A stretch of DNA of 64,000 nt from Longimicrobiales bacterium (lineage in GTDB: Bacteria; Gemmatimonadota; Gemmatimonadetes; Longimicrobiales; Gaopeijiaceae): assembly GCA_965203485.1 (NCBI GenBank), contig OZ241892.1, positions 2,016,001 to 2,080,000 on the forward strand. The letters are read 5' to 3'. The notes under the pieces are model-generated. The model had not been told where the DNA came from. It was given only the letters and a program-made list of their open reading frames with translations, and searched no databases. Both the position numbers and the translations under genes were made by a program. Positions 47,456 through 58,143 of this stretch are shown one piece after another. Position 1 is the first letter of the stretch, and each line of letters begins with the position of its first letter.

Positions 47456-48225
47456 ACGCAGGCTCTCCGCCCCCGGGCGCGCCCGTGCTTTCGTGCACGC
47501 GCCTCTCGGTGCACTTCGGTTCAAAGGCGGCGCTCTCGGACGTGTCGCTGGACGTTCCGCCCAACCGGATCGTCTCGGTGATCGGGCCGGCCGGATCCGG
47601 CAAGACTTCTCTCTTGCGGGCCTTCAACCGCACCAACGAAATGATCGCCGGAGCCCGCACCAGCGGGACAGCGCGCTATCGCGGCGCCGACCTGTACGGG
47701 CGGACCGTGGACCCGGTGGCGGTCCGGCGACGCATCGGCATGGTCTTCCAGAGCGCCACGCCGTTCCCCAAGTCCGTGTTCGACAACGTCGCGTTCGGGC
47801 CGCGCGCCGGCGGCTACAAGGGCGATCTCCACGAACTGTGCGAAGAGGTCCTCACGGCGGCCGGGCTGTGGAACGACGTCGCCGCTGAGCTGGACGCGCC
47901 CGCCCTCGCGCTCTCCGCAGGACAGCAGCAGCAGCTGTGCATCGCCCGCACGCTGGCGGTGAAGCCCGACGTCCTCCTGATGGACGAACCCACCGCCTCG
48001 CTCGACTCCGCCGCCACGGCGCGCATCGAGTCCCTCGTCCACTCCCTCAAGTCCACGTACACCATAGTGATCGCCACGCACGATCTTCCCCAGGCCGCCC
48101 GCCTTTCCGACATGACCGCCTTTCTGCGCCGAGGCGCGCTGGTCGAGTACAGTCCCACCGCGACGATCTTCACCAATCCGCTTACCCGGCAGGCGGAGGA
48201 ATACGTGACGGGACGCGCCAAGTGA
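47452..48225 (+). CDS. pstB: Phosphate ABC transporter ATPase
   Basis: GPAGSGKTS, IGMVFQ..TPFPKS, LSAGQQQQLCIAR, LLMDEPT, YVTGR. Confidence 0.9.
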   Translation: MNAGSPPPGAPVLSCTRLSVHFGSKAALSDVSLDVPPNRIVSVIGPAGSGKTSLLRAFNRTNEMIAGARTSGTARYRGADLYGRTVDPVAVRRRIGMVFQSATPFPKSVFDNVAFGPRAGGYKGDLHELCEEVLTAAGLWNDVAAELDAPALALSAGQQQQLCIARTLAVKPDVLLMDEPTASLDSAATARIESLVHSLKSTYTIVIATHDLPQAARLSDMTAFLRRGALVEYSPTATIFTNPLTRQAEEYVTGRAK

Positions 48226-48917
48226 ACGAATCGCCCGCAAGGAGCCCGTTCGAGGCCGAGCTGGGCCGGCTTCAAGAACTTCTCCTGGACATGGGCGGAC
48301 GCGCCGAAGAACTCGTGCGCATGGCCCTGGCCGGATTGTCGGAGCGCGACTTGGGCCAAGCCAAGGCAGTGCGCGAAGCGGACGACGCGATCGATGCGCT
48401 GGAGATCGAAGTGGACGAGCGCGTGCTCGAGTTTCTGGCGCTGCAGCGCCCCATGGCCGGAGACCTGCGCCTGGCCTTCGTCACCCTCAAGGCGAGCAAC
48501 GACATAGAGCGCGTGGGCGACCACGCGGTAAACATCGCGAAGGCGTGCAGGCGGATCTCGGCGCACCCTCCTCTGCCGGAAATCCCAGAGGTGTGGGAGA
48601 TGGGACGGCTAGTGCGGCGAATGCTGGGCGACGCGCTGAACGCCTTCGCCAACCGCGACGCCGCCTCGGCCCGCTTGATAGCCGACGTAGACGAGCGTGT
48701 GGACGGCATGCGGCGTTCCGCCTTCCGCATCATCATTTCGTACATGCTGGAACAGCCGCGCTACATCAGTCCGGGCCTCGACACGATCCTGGTCGTGCAG
48801 AACCTGGAGCGGATCGGCGACCTCGCGACCAACATCGCCGAGGATGCGGTGTTCCTGCTGGAGGGCAAGTCGATCAAGCACACCAAGCTCGCGGAGCGGG
48901 CGGCGGCGGGGCAGTGA
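48222..48917 (+). CDS. phoU: Phosphate signalling protein PhoU
   Basis: LALQRPMAGDLR, DIERVGDHAVNIA, LERIGDLATNIAED. Confidence 0.93.
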   Translation: MNESPARSPFEAELGRLQELLLDMGGRAEELVRMALAGLSERDLGQAKAVREADDAIDALEIEVDERVLEFLALQRPMAGDLRLAFVTLKASNDIERVGDHAVNIAKACRRISAHPPLPEIPEVWEMGRLVRRMLGDALNAFANRDAASARLIADVDERVDGMRRSAFRIIISYMLEQPRYISPGLDTILVVQNLERIGDLATNIAEDAVFLLEGKSIKHTKLAERAAAGQ

Positions 48918-48936
48918 GCATCGGCGCTGCGCAAGC

Positions 48937-49767
48937 ATGAGCGTCGCCGACGACCAACCGGCCGGACAACTCGTCGCGCAGGCGCAACCACAGCCGAACC
49001 TGGTTCTGCCGTCCATGGAGGGCCGCGGCGCGATCGTCACTGGAGGCTCCAGCGGCATCGGCCGCGCCACGGCAATCGCGTTCGCGCGCAACGGCGTGAA
49101 CGTGGCCTTCAACTATCTGGACGCCGGCGCCGGGAGCCGGGCGCGCGCAGCTGAAGTCGAGGAAGAGCTCGGCGGGATCGGCGTCAAGGTCTTCGCGGCC
49201 GGGTGCGACGTGAGGGACGCGAGCGCCGCCGACGCGTTCGTCGAAGAAGCCCGCATCCGGCTCGGAGGACTGCACATGCTCGTCAACAACGCCGGCGTGG
49301 GACGGGACGGAGCGCTGTGGCGCATGAGCACCGAGGACTGGCGCGTCGTCGTCGACACGAACCTCTCGGGCGCCTTCTACTTCATTCGCGCGGCAGCTCC
49401 GCACTTTCGCGCACAGGAGTTCGGCAAGATCGTCAACGTCTCGTCGGTACACGGCCTCTCCAGCGAGTTCGGCCTTGCCAACTACTGCTCGTCGAAAGCC
49501 GGACTGGCCGGCCTGACGCGCAGCGCCGCCGCCGAACTCGGGCCCTCCAACGTCAACGTCAACGCGGTCGCGCCGGGCTACATCCGCACGACCGAGCTGA
49601 CGGACCGCGTCCCGCCCGAAGTCATGGACAAGGCCCGTGAACGGAGCGCGCTAGGCCGCCTGGGCGACCCGCAGGACGTCGCCTCGGTCGTGCTCTTCCT
49701 GTGCTCCGAAGCCGCCCGCCACATCACGGGCGCCGTGCTTCCCGTCGACGGAGGGTACCTGGTCTGA
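48937..49767 (+). CDS. SDR family oxidoreductase (FabG-like)
   Basis: TGGSSGIG, NNAG, YCSSK, NAVAPG, VDGG. Confidence 0.9.
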   Translation: MSVADDQPAGQLVAQAQPQPNLVLPSMEGRGAIVTGGSSGIGRATAIAFARNGVNVAFNYLDAGAGSRARAAEVEEELGGIGVKVFAAGCDVRDASAADAFVEEARIRLGGLHMLVNNAGVGRDGALWRMSTEDWRVVVDTNLSGAFYFIRAAAPHFRAQEFGKIVNVSSVHGLSSEFGLANYCSSKAGLAGLTRSAAAELGPSNVNVNAVAPGYIRTTELTDRVPPEVMDKARERSALGRLGDPQDVASVVLFLCSEAARHITGAVLPVDGGYLV

Positions 49768-49820
49768 CAACTTGGCCGGCGCCCCGGGGCGTTCGGCCGA
49801 CCGCGCGCCAAGCCGGCGGG

Positions 49821-49953
49821 GGCCTTCGGCAACCAGCCGAGCGGCCACGGTCCCTTGCAGGCGGCTCTGAAGCTCCTCGCCGTCCAGCACGTTGACGGGC
49901 CGAAGCGTCTCGGCCGCTTCCCTCGCGGTGATCGAACCCGTCACGACGAACCC
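49821..49953 (-). pseudogene. Fragment of a TonB-dependent receptor plug region
   Basis: GFVVTGS...RPVNVLDGEELQSRLQGTVAA.L. Confidence 0.5.
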
Positions 49954-50222
49954 TTGGGCGCAATCGGCGAGGCATACAGCTAGGCCTCGACCAACCCGTC
50001 GCGGGCGACGCCCGCCGGATTCGTTTCGCCGCGGGCGCGTCCCACTGCGCAGAGCGTCGAAGATCAAGCAAGCCCCCGTTGGCGCGAGCCGAGTGCGGCG
50101 TCTTCCCCCGGCGCAGGCCGTCGTCTCAGCGATAACACCTAGCGGACAGGCGCGTCAACGACGTTGCGGCGGCGGGACGGCTCGCCGCTCGCGCGCCCAA
50201 GCTTGCCGCTGGGCGGCGGCAG

Positions 50223-50296
50223 TGGGCCCAGAGGGACTTGAACCCCCGACCGTCGGATTATGAGTCCGCTGCTCTAACCGCCTGAGCTATGGGCCC
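50223..50296 (-). tRNA. tRNA with CAT anticodon, probably tRNA-Ile2 (lysidine); CCA not encoded
   Basis: GGGCCCATAGCTCAGGCGGTTAGAGCAGCGGACTCATAATCCG...GTTCAAGTCC; resembles ileX-type tRNAs. Confidence 0.88.
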
Positions 50297-50345
50297 GCCG
50301 CAAAGCTAGGCGGCGGCGGCGGTTCCGACCAGCCCACGGGAGCGC

Positions 50346-51008
50346 TCAAGGCTGGGCGAACAGCGTGCCGAACATCCGGTCGCCCGCGTCGCCGAGCCCC
50401 GGCAGCAAATAGCCGGCGCTGCTGAGTTGCCGGTCCACGGAGGCGGCGTAGACGGGCAGGCCGGGGTGCTCCCGGGCCAGGCGGTCCAGGCCTTCGGGGG
50501 CGGCGAGCAGGCACAGGAAGCGGATGTCGCGAACCTCCCGCTCCTTGAGCCAAGCGACAGCCGCCGACGCGGAGCCGCCGGTGCCCACCATGGGGTCCAC
50601 CAAGAAGTGGCAGGCGTGCTCCGCCCCGGACGGCAACTTCGCGTAGTACCGCGTCGCCTCCAGCGTGTCTTCGTCGCGCTCGAACCCCACGTGCCCCACT
50701 CTGGCGCCGGGAACAACTCGAAGGACGCCCTCCAGCATGCCCAGGCCGGCCCTGAGGATGGGAACGACGACGATGTCCTCTTCGTGGACCTGCGTGCCAT
50801 GGGCCGTCTCAAGGGGCGTCTCCACGCTCACGGGCTCTTCGTGGAGGTCCTGCGTGACCCGGAAGGTCATGAGCATCGCGATCTCCGTGACGAGTTCGCG
50901 AAAGCGCTTCGTCGGAGTCGCGCGGTCGCGCAGGCGGGTCACCTTGTCGCGAACCAAGGGATGCGCGACGACGACGACGTTGGGTTCGGGGGCGTTGCGT
51001 TCGGTCAT
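50346..51008 (-). CDS. upp: Uracil phosphoribosyltransferase
   Basis: HPLV, VPILRAGLGM, VDPMVGTGGS, YLLPGLGDAGDR. Confidence 0.95.
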   Translation of the reverse strand: MTERNAPEPNVVVVAHPLVRDKVTRLRDRATPTKRFRELVTEIAMLMTFRVTQDLHEEPVSVETPLETAHGTQVHEEDIVVVPILRAGLGMLEGVLRVVPGARVGHVGFERDEDTLEATRYYAKLPSGAEHACHFLVDPMVGTGGSASAAVAWLKEREVRDIRFLCLLAAPEGLDRLAREHPGLPVYAASVDRQLSSAGYLLPGLGDAGDRMFGTLFAQP

Positions 51009-51454
51009 GGTGCGGCGAAGTTCGTGTAGGGTGCACGCGGTCCGGTCCCGGCCCCGCGCTGGAGGTTCGGCTCGTCCTGCCTCGGGCCCCGGTCCGGCGG
51101 AAACTGGCCAGAACCGAATCCGACGCGCAAGGCCGCCACAGCCCTTGCGACGACCGCCGCCCTCGATGGACACCATCGCCAGGCGGGACGCCTCCGCCAA
51201 GCGTTCTCGGCGGGAATCTTCGAGCCGAAGACGTTCCTGCACGCTTGGTGCGCCAGGGCGGACGCCCTCGGCCAGCCGCTCGCGAGCCGTTGCGCCGCAT
51301 CCGAGTCGCCCCGCTGGACGAAGAGGTGGCGGACGCGGGAGCGATTGGTTGCGCGAATCGCGTTTGGTGCTCAGATTTGATTGACGCTTGACACCTTGAC
51401 CCACGGGTGGGAGATTACTATGCAAACCGGGGCGGCCCGTTGACCGCGCGGCCA

Positions 51455-52543
51455 ATGAAGAAGCGTTGCGGTTCCCGCAAGACGGCGATCTTCGTCGCTG
51501 GTTCGGCGCTGGCGTTCGCCGGTTCCGTCCCTGCGACCGCTCAAGACCGGGAGAGCCTGGAAGTCGTCGTGACCGAGGTGTGGAGCACGGCGGGCAACCC
51601 GGGGTTCGGCTTTCCGCGAGGGATGGCGCAGTGGCCTGACGGGACCGTGTGGGTCGGGGACCAGCAGGTGTCGGAGGTTTCCGAGATATCGCCGGACGGG
51701 AGCGGCGTACGCGTCGTGCTTCGCGAGGGCGACGGTCCTCGCGAGGTGAGGCGCGCCACCAGGATCGTGCCGCGCCCTGACGGAGGGATGTTCGTTTGGG
51801 GCGCCAAGCGGGTGGGACTCTTCGGACCCGAGAAGAACTTGGAGAGGTACCGGCCGCCACCCCTCCCGAGCCCGCGGCCCGGAAACATCGCGGCAACCCC
51901 CGACGGCGGCTTGGTCGTGGGAAGCAGCCACGGCCACGACGCGGACCACGAGCTGGCCCGGTTCGCGGTTCATCGCTTCGACAATCGGCTCAGGCACCAG
52001 AAGAGCTGGCACGCGGTCGCCCGTCACAAGGAATGGGATACGACACGATACACGTCGGGCGGCCCGTTGGCCGTAACCCGGGACGGCGGCCTGCTCGTCT
52101 CGGACCACGCGCCGTTTCGCATCACGCGCTACGCCGACCTCGACGGCAACGATCCGCGGGTCGTCGCGGAGGACGAGCGCATCGTCTCTTCGGCGGAGCT
52201 GGACCGGGCCGTCGGTTACGGCCCGGGAGGCGCCAAGAGCTTCGCGAATTGGCGGACTCGGTCGTCGTTCGTGCACGAGCTCGAGGACGGAAACATCCTC
52301 AATGTCGTGTCCTTCTTCCCCAGGAAAGGGACGGAGAAGCGGATCCAGACGATCTGGCTCGTAGTGTCGCCGGACGGCGCCGTCCTGGGACGCGCTTCGG
52401 TCATGCGGCAGATGGAAGTGTGGCGCGCAACCCCCAACGGCGCATTCCTCGCGACTTACTGGGACGGGCCGACGCAACAGCACTTCGCGGCCAAGTTCAC
52501 GGTCGCGATCGCCCCCAAGAAGGAACCGCGCACCGAGAACTGA
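51455..52543 (+). CDS. Secreted beta-propeller-like protein
   Basis: Signal peptide; WPDGTVWVGD, GDGPREV, TPDGGLVV, TRDGGLLVS blade-like repeats. Confidence 0.7.
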   Translation: MKKRCGSRKTAIFVAGSALAFAGSVPATAQDRESLEVVVTEVWSTAGNPGFGFPRGMAQWPDGTVWVGDQQVSEVSEISPDGSGVRVVLREGDGPREVRRATRIVPRPDGGMFVWGAKRVGLFGPEKNLERYRPPPLPSPRPGNIAATPDGGLVVGSSHGHDADHELARFAVHRFDNRLRHQKSWHAVARHKEWDTTRYTSGGPLAVTRDGGLLVSDHAPFRITRYADLDGNDPRVVAEDERIVSSAELDRAVGYGPGGAKSFANWRTRSSFVHELEDGNILNVVSFFPRKGTEKRIQTIWLVVSPDGAVLGRASVMRQMEVWRATPNGAFLATYWDGPTQQHFAAKFTVAIAPKKEPRTEN

Positions 52544-52734
52544 CGTCGCGGCCGGCGAACCCCGCGCCGTTCACCATGCCACGCGCGTGGCATGTCGCGC
52601 ACTGCCGAGCACGGGGTGCGGACGACGTGCGGAAACCGACTCCGTTCCTCGCGGCGGATCGCGCGCGCTCGCCCGAACCTTATATTCGTGCGCACGACCA
52701 ACCCCCGCCGGCCCGCCCCTGATCTCGCCCGCGC

Positions 52735-53166
52735 ATGACCGACGCCATCGACCGGACCGATGCGGAGTGGCGCGAGCGCCTCTCGCCCGAGCAGTTCAGG
52801 ATCACGCGCCTCGGAGGCACCGAACGCGCGTTCACGGGCCAACACTGGGACCGCAAGGACGCCGGGACCTACGCGTGCGTCTGCTGCGGACTGCGCCTCT
52901 TCGAGTCCGCCGCCAAGTTCGAGTCGGGAACCGGATGGCCCAGCTTCCACTCGCCCGCGGCGCCGGAGCGCGTCGCCGAGAGGGACGACCGCAAGTTCCT
53001 CGTGCGCCGGACCGAGGCGGCGTGCGCCCGTTGCGGCGCCCACTTGGGACACGTCTTTCCAGACGGACCCCGGCCCACCGGACTGCGCTACTGCATCAAC
53101 TCCGCCGCCCTGGCGTTCGAGTCCGCCACGCCTTGCGAAGGCGCGCCGCCGGACGAGCCGAGATGA
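52735..53166 (+). CDS. msrB: Peptide-methionine (R)-S-oxide reductase
   Basis: [38 protein letters not shown]. Confidence 0.96.
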   Translation: MTDAIDRTDAEWRERLSPEQFRITRLGGTERAFTGQHWDRKDAGTYACVCCGLRLFESAAKFESGTGWPSFHSPAAPERVAERDDRKFLVRRTEAACARCGAHLGHVFPDGPRPTGLRYCINSAALAFESATPCEGAPPDEPR

Positions 53167-54194
53167 CGAGCGCCTCAGGCAGCAAGACGATCACGGTCAT
53201 CGAGGGCGACGGCATCGGCGCCGAGGTCGCGGGCGCCGTTCTGCGCCTGCTGGACGCCGGCGGCGCCGGGCTCGAGTACGACCGCCAGGACGCGGGAGCC
53301 GGGGCCATCCCCTCTCATGGCACGCCCCTGCCGCAGGCCACGCTGGACTCGATCGACACCCACGGCGTGGCGCTCAAGGGCCCGCTGGCCACCCCGGCCG
53401 CGTCCGGCTTCCGATCCGTGAACGTGGCCATTCGCAAGCACTTCGATCTCTACGCCAACGTGCGTCCCGTGCGCACGATCGTCCCCGGCGGCCGCTACGA
53501 GGACATCGACCTCGTCCTCATCCGCGAGAACACCGAGGGCCTCTACGTGGGCGTCGAGCACTTCATCGGCATGGAGGGCGACCCCAAGGCCGCGGCGGAG
53601 TCCGTGATGATCACCACGCGCTTCGGGTCGGAGCGGATCGCGAGGTTCGCGTTCGACTATTGCCTCGCCCACGGGCGCCGGAAGGTGACGCTGGCGCACA
53701 AGGCCAACATCCTCAAGCACACGCAGGGCCTCCTGCTCGAGGCTGCCCGGCGGACGGCAGAGGACTACGCCGGGCGCATCGGCTTCGAGGATCGCATCAT
53801 CGACGCGACCGCCATGTATCTGGTGCTGGACCCGCACCGCTTCGACGTGCTGGTCATGGAGAACATGTTCGGCGACATCCTGAGCGACCTGATGGCGGGC
53901 TTGGTCGGCGGGCTGGGGTTCGCGCCCGCGGCCAACGTCGGCGAGCGCCACGCGGTCTTCGAGGCGGTGCACGGCTCGGCGCCCGACATCGCGGGCCGGG
54001 GCGTGGCCAACCCCACAGGGTTGCTTCTTTCGGCCTGCCTGCTGCTGGACCACGTGGGCCGCGCCGAGGCGGCCGAGCGCATTCGCCGGGCGGTTTGGGA
54101 CGTCGTGCGCGGCGGCGCGGCTCGAACGCGCGACATGGGAGGCGCGGACGGGACGACGGCGTTCACGGACGCGGTGGAGAGGGCGATGAAGTGA
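53163..54194 (+). CDS. Isocitrate/isopropylmalate dehydrogenase family protein
   Basis: [49 protein letters not shown]. Confidence 0.92.
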   Translation: MTSASGSKTITVIEGDGIGAEVAGAVLRLLDAGGAGLEYDRQDAGAGAIPSHGTPLPQATLDSIDTHGVALKGPLATPAASGFRSVNVAIRKHFDLYANVRPVRTIVPGGRYEDIDLVLIRENTEGLYVGVEHFIGMEGDPKAAAESVMITTRFGSERIARFAFDYCLAHGRRKVTLAHKANILKHTQGLLLEAARRTAEDYAGRIGFEDRIIDATAMYLVLDPHRFDVLVMENMFGDILSDLMAGLVGGLGFAPAANVGERHAVFEAVHGSAPDIAGRGVANPTGLLLSACLLLDHVGRAEAAERIRRAVWDVVRGGAARTRDMGGADGTTAFTDAVERAMK

Positions 54195-54240
54195 CGGCGC
54201 CACCGCGAGCGTCACGCTGCCGCAAGAAGAGGAGACCGGA

Positions 54241-54672
54241 GTGACCGCGAGTTCCAGGGAGGCGATGCTGGGCCGCCGCCGCGCCGCCGCGCCCGCCGAA
54301 CGCCGCGGGCTCGCCACCGGCCACAACGGCGGCGAGCCCACCGCCGGGGGCGACGGCGCCGGGGCGAGGCGGCCGAGCGACGGACTCGCCTGCGGACAGT
54401 GCAAGCGAAGCCTTCCCGCCGCCGAGTTGGACCGGATGCTCTGGTGCGGTCCCTGCACCGCGGCGGCCAAGGCGACGGCGAGCAGGACGGGATGGCTGGC
54501 GGGGGCCTGCTTGGCCGGGACGCTGGCCCTCTGGATCGTGTTGGTGGCCCAGCCGTCGCGGATCGTCCTCGGCGGCTGGATCGGGGCCGTCCTCGCCACT
54601 TGGTGGCTCGGCGGCCGGATAGGGCGCGAACTTTGCTTCGGCGCCCTTCGCTACCGAGGGCGTCCGCGTTGA
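54241..54672 (+). CDS. Hypothetical membrane protein with two CxxC motifs
   Basis: CGQC...CGPC followed by two TM helices; operon position. Confidence 0.6.
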   Translation: MTASSREAMLGRRRAAAPAERRGLATGHNGGEPTAGGDGAGARRPSDGLACGQCKRSLPAAELDRMLWCGPCTAAAKATASRTGWLAGACLAGTLALWIVLVAQPSRIVLGGWIGAVLATWWLGGRIGRELCFGALRYRGRPR

Positions 54673-54769
54673 CCCCGGCGCGCGGCGCCGGCCAGTCCCG
54701 GGGACGTGGCCGCCGGGCGCGAACTCGCGAACTCGCCCCGAATCCCTCACTGCCGGAGACTGCTTCGAG

Positions 54770-55954
54770 ATGAGCGCCAAGTTCGAGGGCGTCGACTTCT
54801 ACGACTTGGACGCCCTGCTGTCCGAGGACGAGCGCATGGTGCGCGACGCCGTGCGCGACTGGGTCGAGGACCGGGCGTTGCCGCTCGTTGGCGACGCCTA
54901 CGTGGACCGCCGCTTCCCCAGCGAACTGATCCCGGAGATGGGAGAGTTGGGGATGCTGGGCGCGAACCTGCCCGAAGAGTACGGGTGCGCAGGGCTGGGC
55001 GCCGTCGCCTACGGACTGATAATGCAGGAGCTCGAGCGGGGCGACTCCGGGATTCGCTCCTTCGCGTCGGTCCAGGGCGCGCTGGTCATGTACCCGATCC
55101 ACGCCTTCGGAAGCGAGGACCAGCGGCGGATCTGGCTTCCCAAGCTGGCCACGGGCGAGAAGATCGGGTGCTTCGGCCTCACGGAGCCCGACTACGGCTC
55201 CAATCCGGCAGGCATGATCACCACGGCGCGCGAACTCGAAGGCGGCTGGACGCTGAACGGGACCAAGATGTGGATCACCAACGGGTCCATGGCCGACGTG
55301 GCTGTCGTCTGGGCTCAGACGGGCGAAGCCGGAGACGCGAGCGGCATACGCGGGTTCGTCGTGCCCACGGACACGCCGGGCTTCAGCGCGCGCGACCAGA
55401 AGGGCAAGCTGTCGCTGCTGGCGTCCGACACGAGCGAGCTGGCGCTCGACGACGTGCGGTTGCCGGCGGACGCGATCCTGCCGGACAGCTCGGGTCTGCG
55501 CAGTCCGCTCATGTGCCTCACCCAGGCTCGCTACGGGATCGCTTGGGGCGCGGTGGGGGCCGCGATGGCGTGCTTCCACGAAGCGGCGCGCTACGCGGGC
55601 GAGCGGGTCATGTTCGGCGGCCCGATCGCCGGCAAGCAGATCCAGCAGGTGCGCATCGCCGACATGCTCACGTCGATCACGCAGGGACAGCTCCTCTGCC
55701 TCCGCCTGGGACGCCTGAAGGAAGAGGGACGGATGAGTCCGCAACAGGTCAGCTTGGCCAAGCGGGCCAACGTGGACATGGCATGCGACGTGGCTCGCGA
55801 GGCAAGACGTCTGCTGGGCGCCAACGGCATCCTGGCCGAGTACGCCGCCATGCGGCACATGGCCAACTTGGAATCCGTCTACACGTACGAGGGGACGCAC
55901 GACGTGCACTCTCTGATCCTGGGCCAAGCCGTCACGGGCATCTCTGCGTTCTGA
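54770..55954 (+). CDS. Acyl-CoA dehydrogenase (glutaryl-CoA dehydrogenase-like)
   Basis: ELERGDSG.RS, FGLTEPDYGSNP, NGTKMWITNG, LGANGI..EY, YTYEGT. Confidence 0.92.
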   Translation: MSAKFEGVDFYDLDALLSEDERMVRDAVRDWVEDRALPLVGDAYVDRRFPSELIPEMGELGMLGANLPEEYGCAGLGAVAYGLIMQELERGDSGIRSFASVQGALVMYPIHAFGSEDQRRIWLPKLATGEKIGCFGLTEPDYGSNPAGMITTARELEGGWTLNGTKMWITNGSMADVAVVWAQTGEAGDASGIRGFVVPTDTPGFSARDQKGKLSLLASDTSELALDDVRLPADAILPDSSGLRSPLMCLTQARYGIAWGAVGAAMACFHEAARYAGERVMFGGPIAGKQIQQVRIADMLTSITQGQLLCLRLGRLKEEGRMSPQQVSLAKRANVDMACDVAREARRLLGANGILAEYAAMRHMANLESVYTYEGTHDVHSLILGQAVTGISAF

Positions 55955-56135
55955 GGGAACGGGCGCAGCGCGCGTCCCGGGGCCGACGGCCCGAAGCGGC
56001 ACCACGGCGGCGGCGTTCGCGGGCGGGCAACCACGCCCCCCTTTTTGCCCCCGCGGGCTGTTTCCCGGGCGGCGTTCGATCGTCCGCTCCGGGCCTGCCG
56101 GCGGCTCGACGGCGCCGACAATCGACAGGGGCGCG

Positions 56136-57572
56136 TCAGGCCGCGCTCGCCCGCGCGCTTTCGGCCCGCTGGCGGCGGCCGAGCCACAGCGCAACCAGCA
56201 ACCCCGCGGCCGAAAGGGGCACCATCGCAACGGCCGACGCCGCCATGCCCAGGCCGAGCGTCCCGGCGACGGTGTAGGACCACACGCCGATCTGGTCGCC
56301 CGTGCGGTAAACCAACGTGTCGTTGAAGTTCTTGGCCTTGTAGCGGTCCGGCCGAGGAAGGACCGTGTACAGCACCTCCCTGGCGGGCCGCTGAACGGCG
56401 TACTCGCCGGCCCGTCGCAGGACCTGAAGCACCGCGAACACCAAGAACAGGGGCGCCGCGCCCAGCGTCGCGAATCCCGCCAAGCTCAGCAACGGCACGA
56501 TGGCCAGCGTGAGTCCGACGCCCAATCGCTTGACCAGGCGTCCGGTCAGGAACAGCTGGGTGAAGAGGACGAGGACGTTGACCGCCAAGTCGAGGCTCGC
56601 GAAGACCGCCGTCCGCTGGCTCCGGTCCGGAAAGGCCTGCGACATGATGTCCGCCTGAATGCGGTACAGGAACGTCGATCCGATCGTGAACAGCAGCATG
56701 AACACGCAGATGCCGAGCAGGTACGGCGACCCCGCGACCCGGCGAATCCCGTCCATCGCTCCGCCACCGATGACGGCCGCCGCCCCCCTGGGCCCCGCTT
56801 CGCCCGCGGAGAGAGAGCCCGCCGCGGGCTCGCCGCGGACCGCGTCCGTGTGGCCGGACGGCCCGGTCTCGCCGGCGGCGGCCGACCGGAGCGTGGGCCG
56901 GCTGCCCGGGTCGCCGACGATTCCGCTCCTTCGGTCCAATGCCTTCACGCAGACGACCGCGCATTCCATCAGCGCCAGCGAGAACCACAGCAAGTTGACC
57001 GGAGCGACGGACTGCGCCAGGAACGCGGTCGCCGACGAGCCCAGCACGGCGCCCAGGGTGCCTCCCACGCCGATGAAGCCGAACAGGCGCTTGCTCTGCC
57101 GCTCCTTGAAGATGTCGATCATGAACGACCAGAAGACCGACACGACGAAGAGGTTGAAGATGCTGATCCACACGAAGAAGACCCGCCCCACCCAGATCCC
57201 GGCGCTGTCGGGCAACGCCTTCATCAGCAGGAAGAAGACGGCCAAGTTGGCCATGAAGAATCGGTAGCACACGCCCACGAACCGTCGCCGGGGCCACCGC
57301 GACACGGCCGCGGCAAAGAGAGGATGGGCCAGGAGCATGCCCAGAAACGTGGCCGTGAACAGCCAGGGGATGTTGTCCGCGCCTCCAGCGACGCCCATCT
57401 CGTCGCGGATCGGGCGGATGACGTAGTAGGCCGCCAGGACGCAGAAGAAGTAGGCGCACGACAGCAGAACGGGCCCCGCTTCTTCGGGACGCACGCCGGT
57501 GACGCGGGCCGTGAAGGACCGGAGTCCGCCGGCGCCCCGCTCCCCACTGCCTCGCCAGCCGAGTCCGGTCAT
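56136..57572 (-). CDS. MFS transporter, NTP/NDP exchange (Tlc/NTT)-like; start uncertain
   Basis: YYVIRPIRDEMG, NLFVVSVFWSFM.D.F, KRLFGFIG.GGTLG, RPAREVLYT, YKAKN..DT..YR.GD. Confidence 0.85.
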   Translation of the reverse strand: MTGLGWRGSGERGAGGLRSFTARVTGVRPEEAGPVLLSCAYFFCVLAAYYVIRPIRDEMGVAGGADNIPWLFTATFLGMLLAHPLFAAAVSRWPRRRFVGVCYRFFMANLAVFFLLMKALPDSAGIWVGRVFFVWISIFNLFVVSVFWSFMIDIFKERQSKRLFGFIGVGGTLGAVLGSSATAFLAQSVAPVNLLWFSLALMECAVVCVKALDRRSGIVGDPGSRPTLRSAAAGETGPSGHTDAVRGEPAAGSLSAGEAGPRGAAAVIGGGAMDGIRRVAGSPYLLGICVFMLLFTIGSTFLYRIQADIMSQAFPDRSQRTAVFASLDLAVNVLVLFTQLFLTGRLVKRLGVGLTLAIVPLLSLAGFATLGAAPLFLVFAVLQVLRRAGEYAVQRPAREVLYTVLPRPDRYKAKNFNDTLVYRTGDQIGVWSYTVAGTLGLGMAASAVAMVPLSAAGLLVALWLGRRQRAESARASAA

Positions 57573-58143
57573 GTGCGCGGCGCCAGCCAAGACGGCTCCC
57601 CGGCGCGATGGGGCGAGGGCCGAAGCCACCGGCGTCCGGTCATGCGGCCGGGCGGGGAGAGGCCATGTTGCACGCGATCTCCGATCAGGTCATGTCCGCG
57701 AGCCGGAGAGCGCTGGCGAGGCTTGAGCCGTCGAGGCCGTTTCGCCGTTGCGCCGGCGGACGCGCGCGGCGACCGTCCGGCTTCGCCCCGGCGATCTCCG
57801 CACGCGGCGGCGGCGCGCTTGCCGACGATGAAGAATCGTCTTCTCTTGCCCTTCGTTCAATCCCCCGAGCCCGAGCCTCCCAAGACCGCTCTCGTGCGAT
57901 CCCAACTTCGGCGACCGAGGCGGGCGGCGCCCGCCACCGCCCCGCCGGCCCCGTCGCAAGCCGGCGTCCGCGCGGGCCCTCGCGGGTCCGGCCGTCGGCG
58001 TGGCGCCGAATCGCGGGCCGCGCAACCGGCGCGGAGAGTCCTGCGCCGCGACCGTCAGCCGCAGCCGTCGGCATGACGCCCCACTCGCGAAGCGGCCGGC
58101 CGGCGCAGAACGGCGGCAACGGGCTCTCGCGGGAGCCCAGGCG

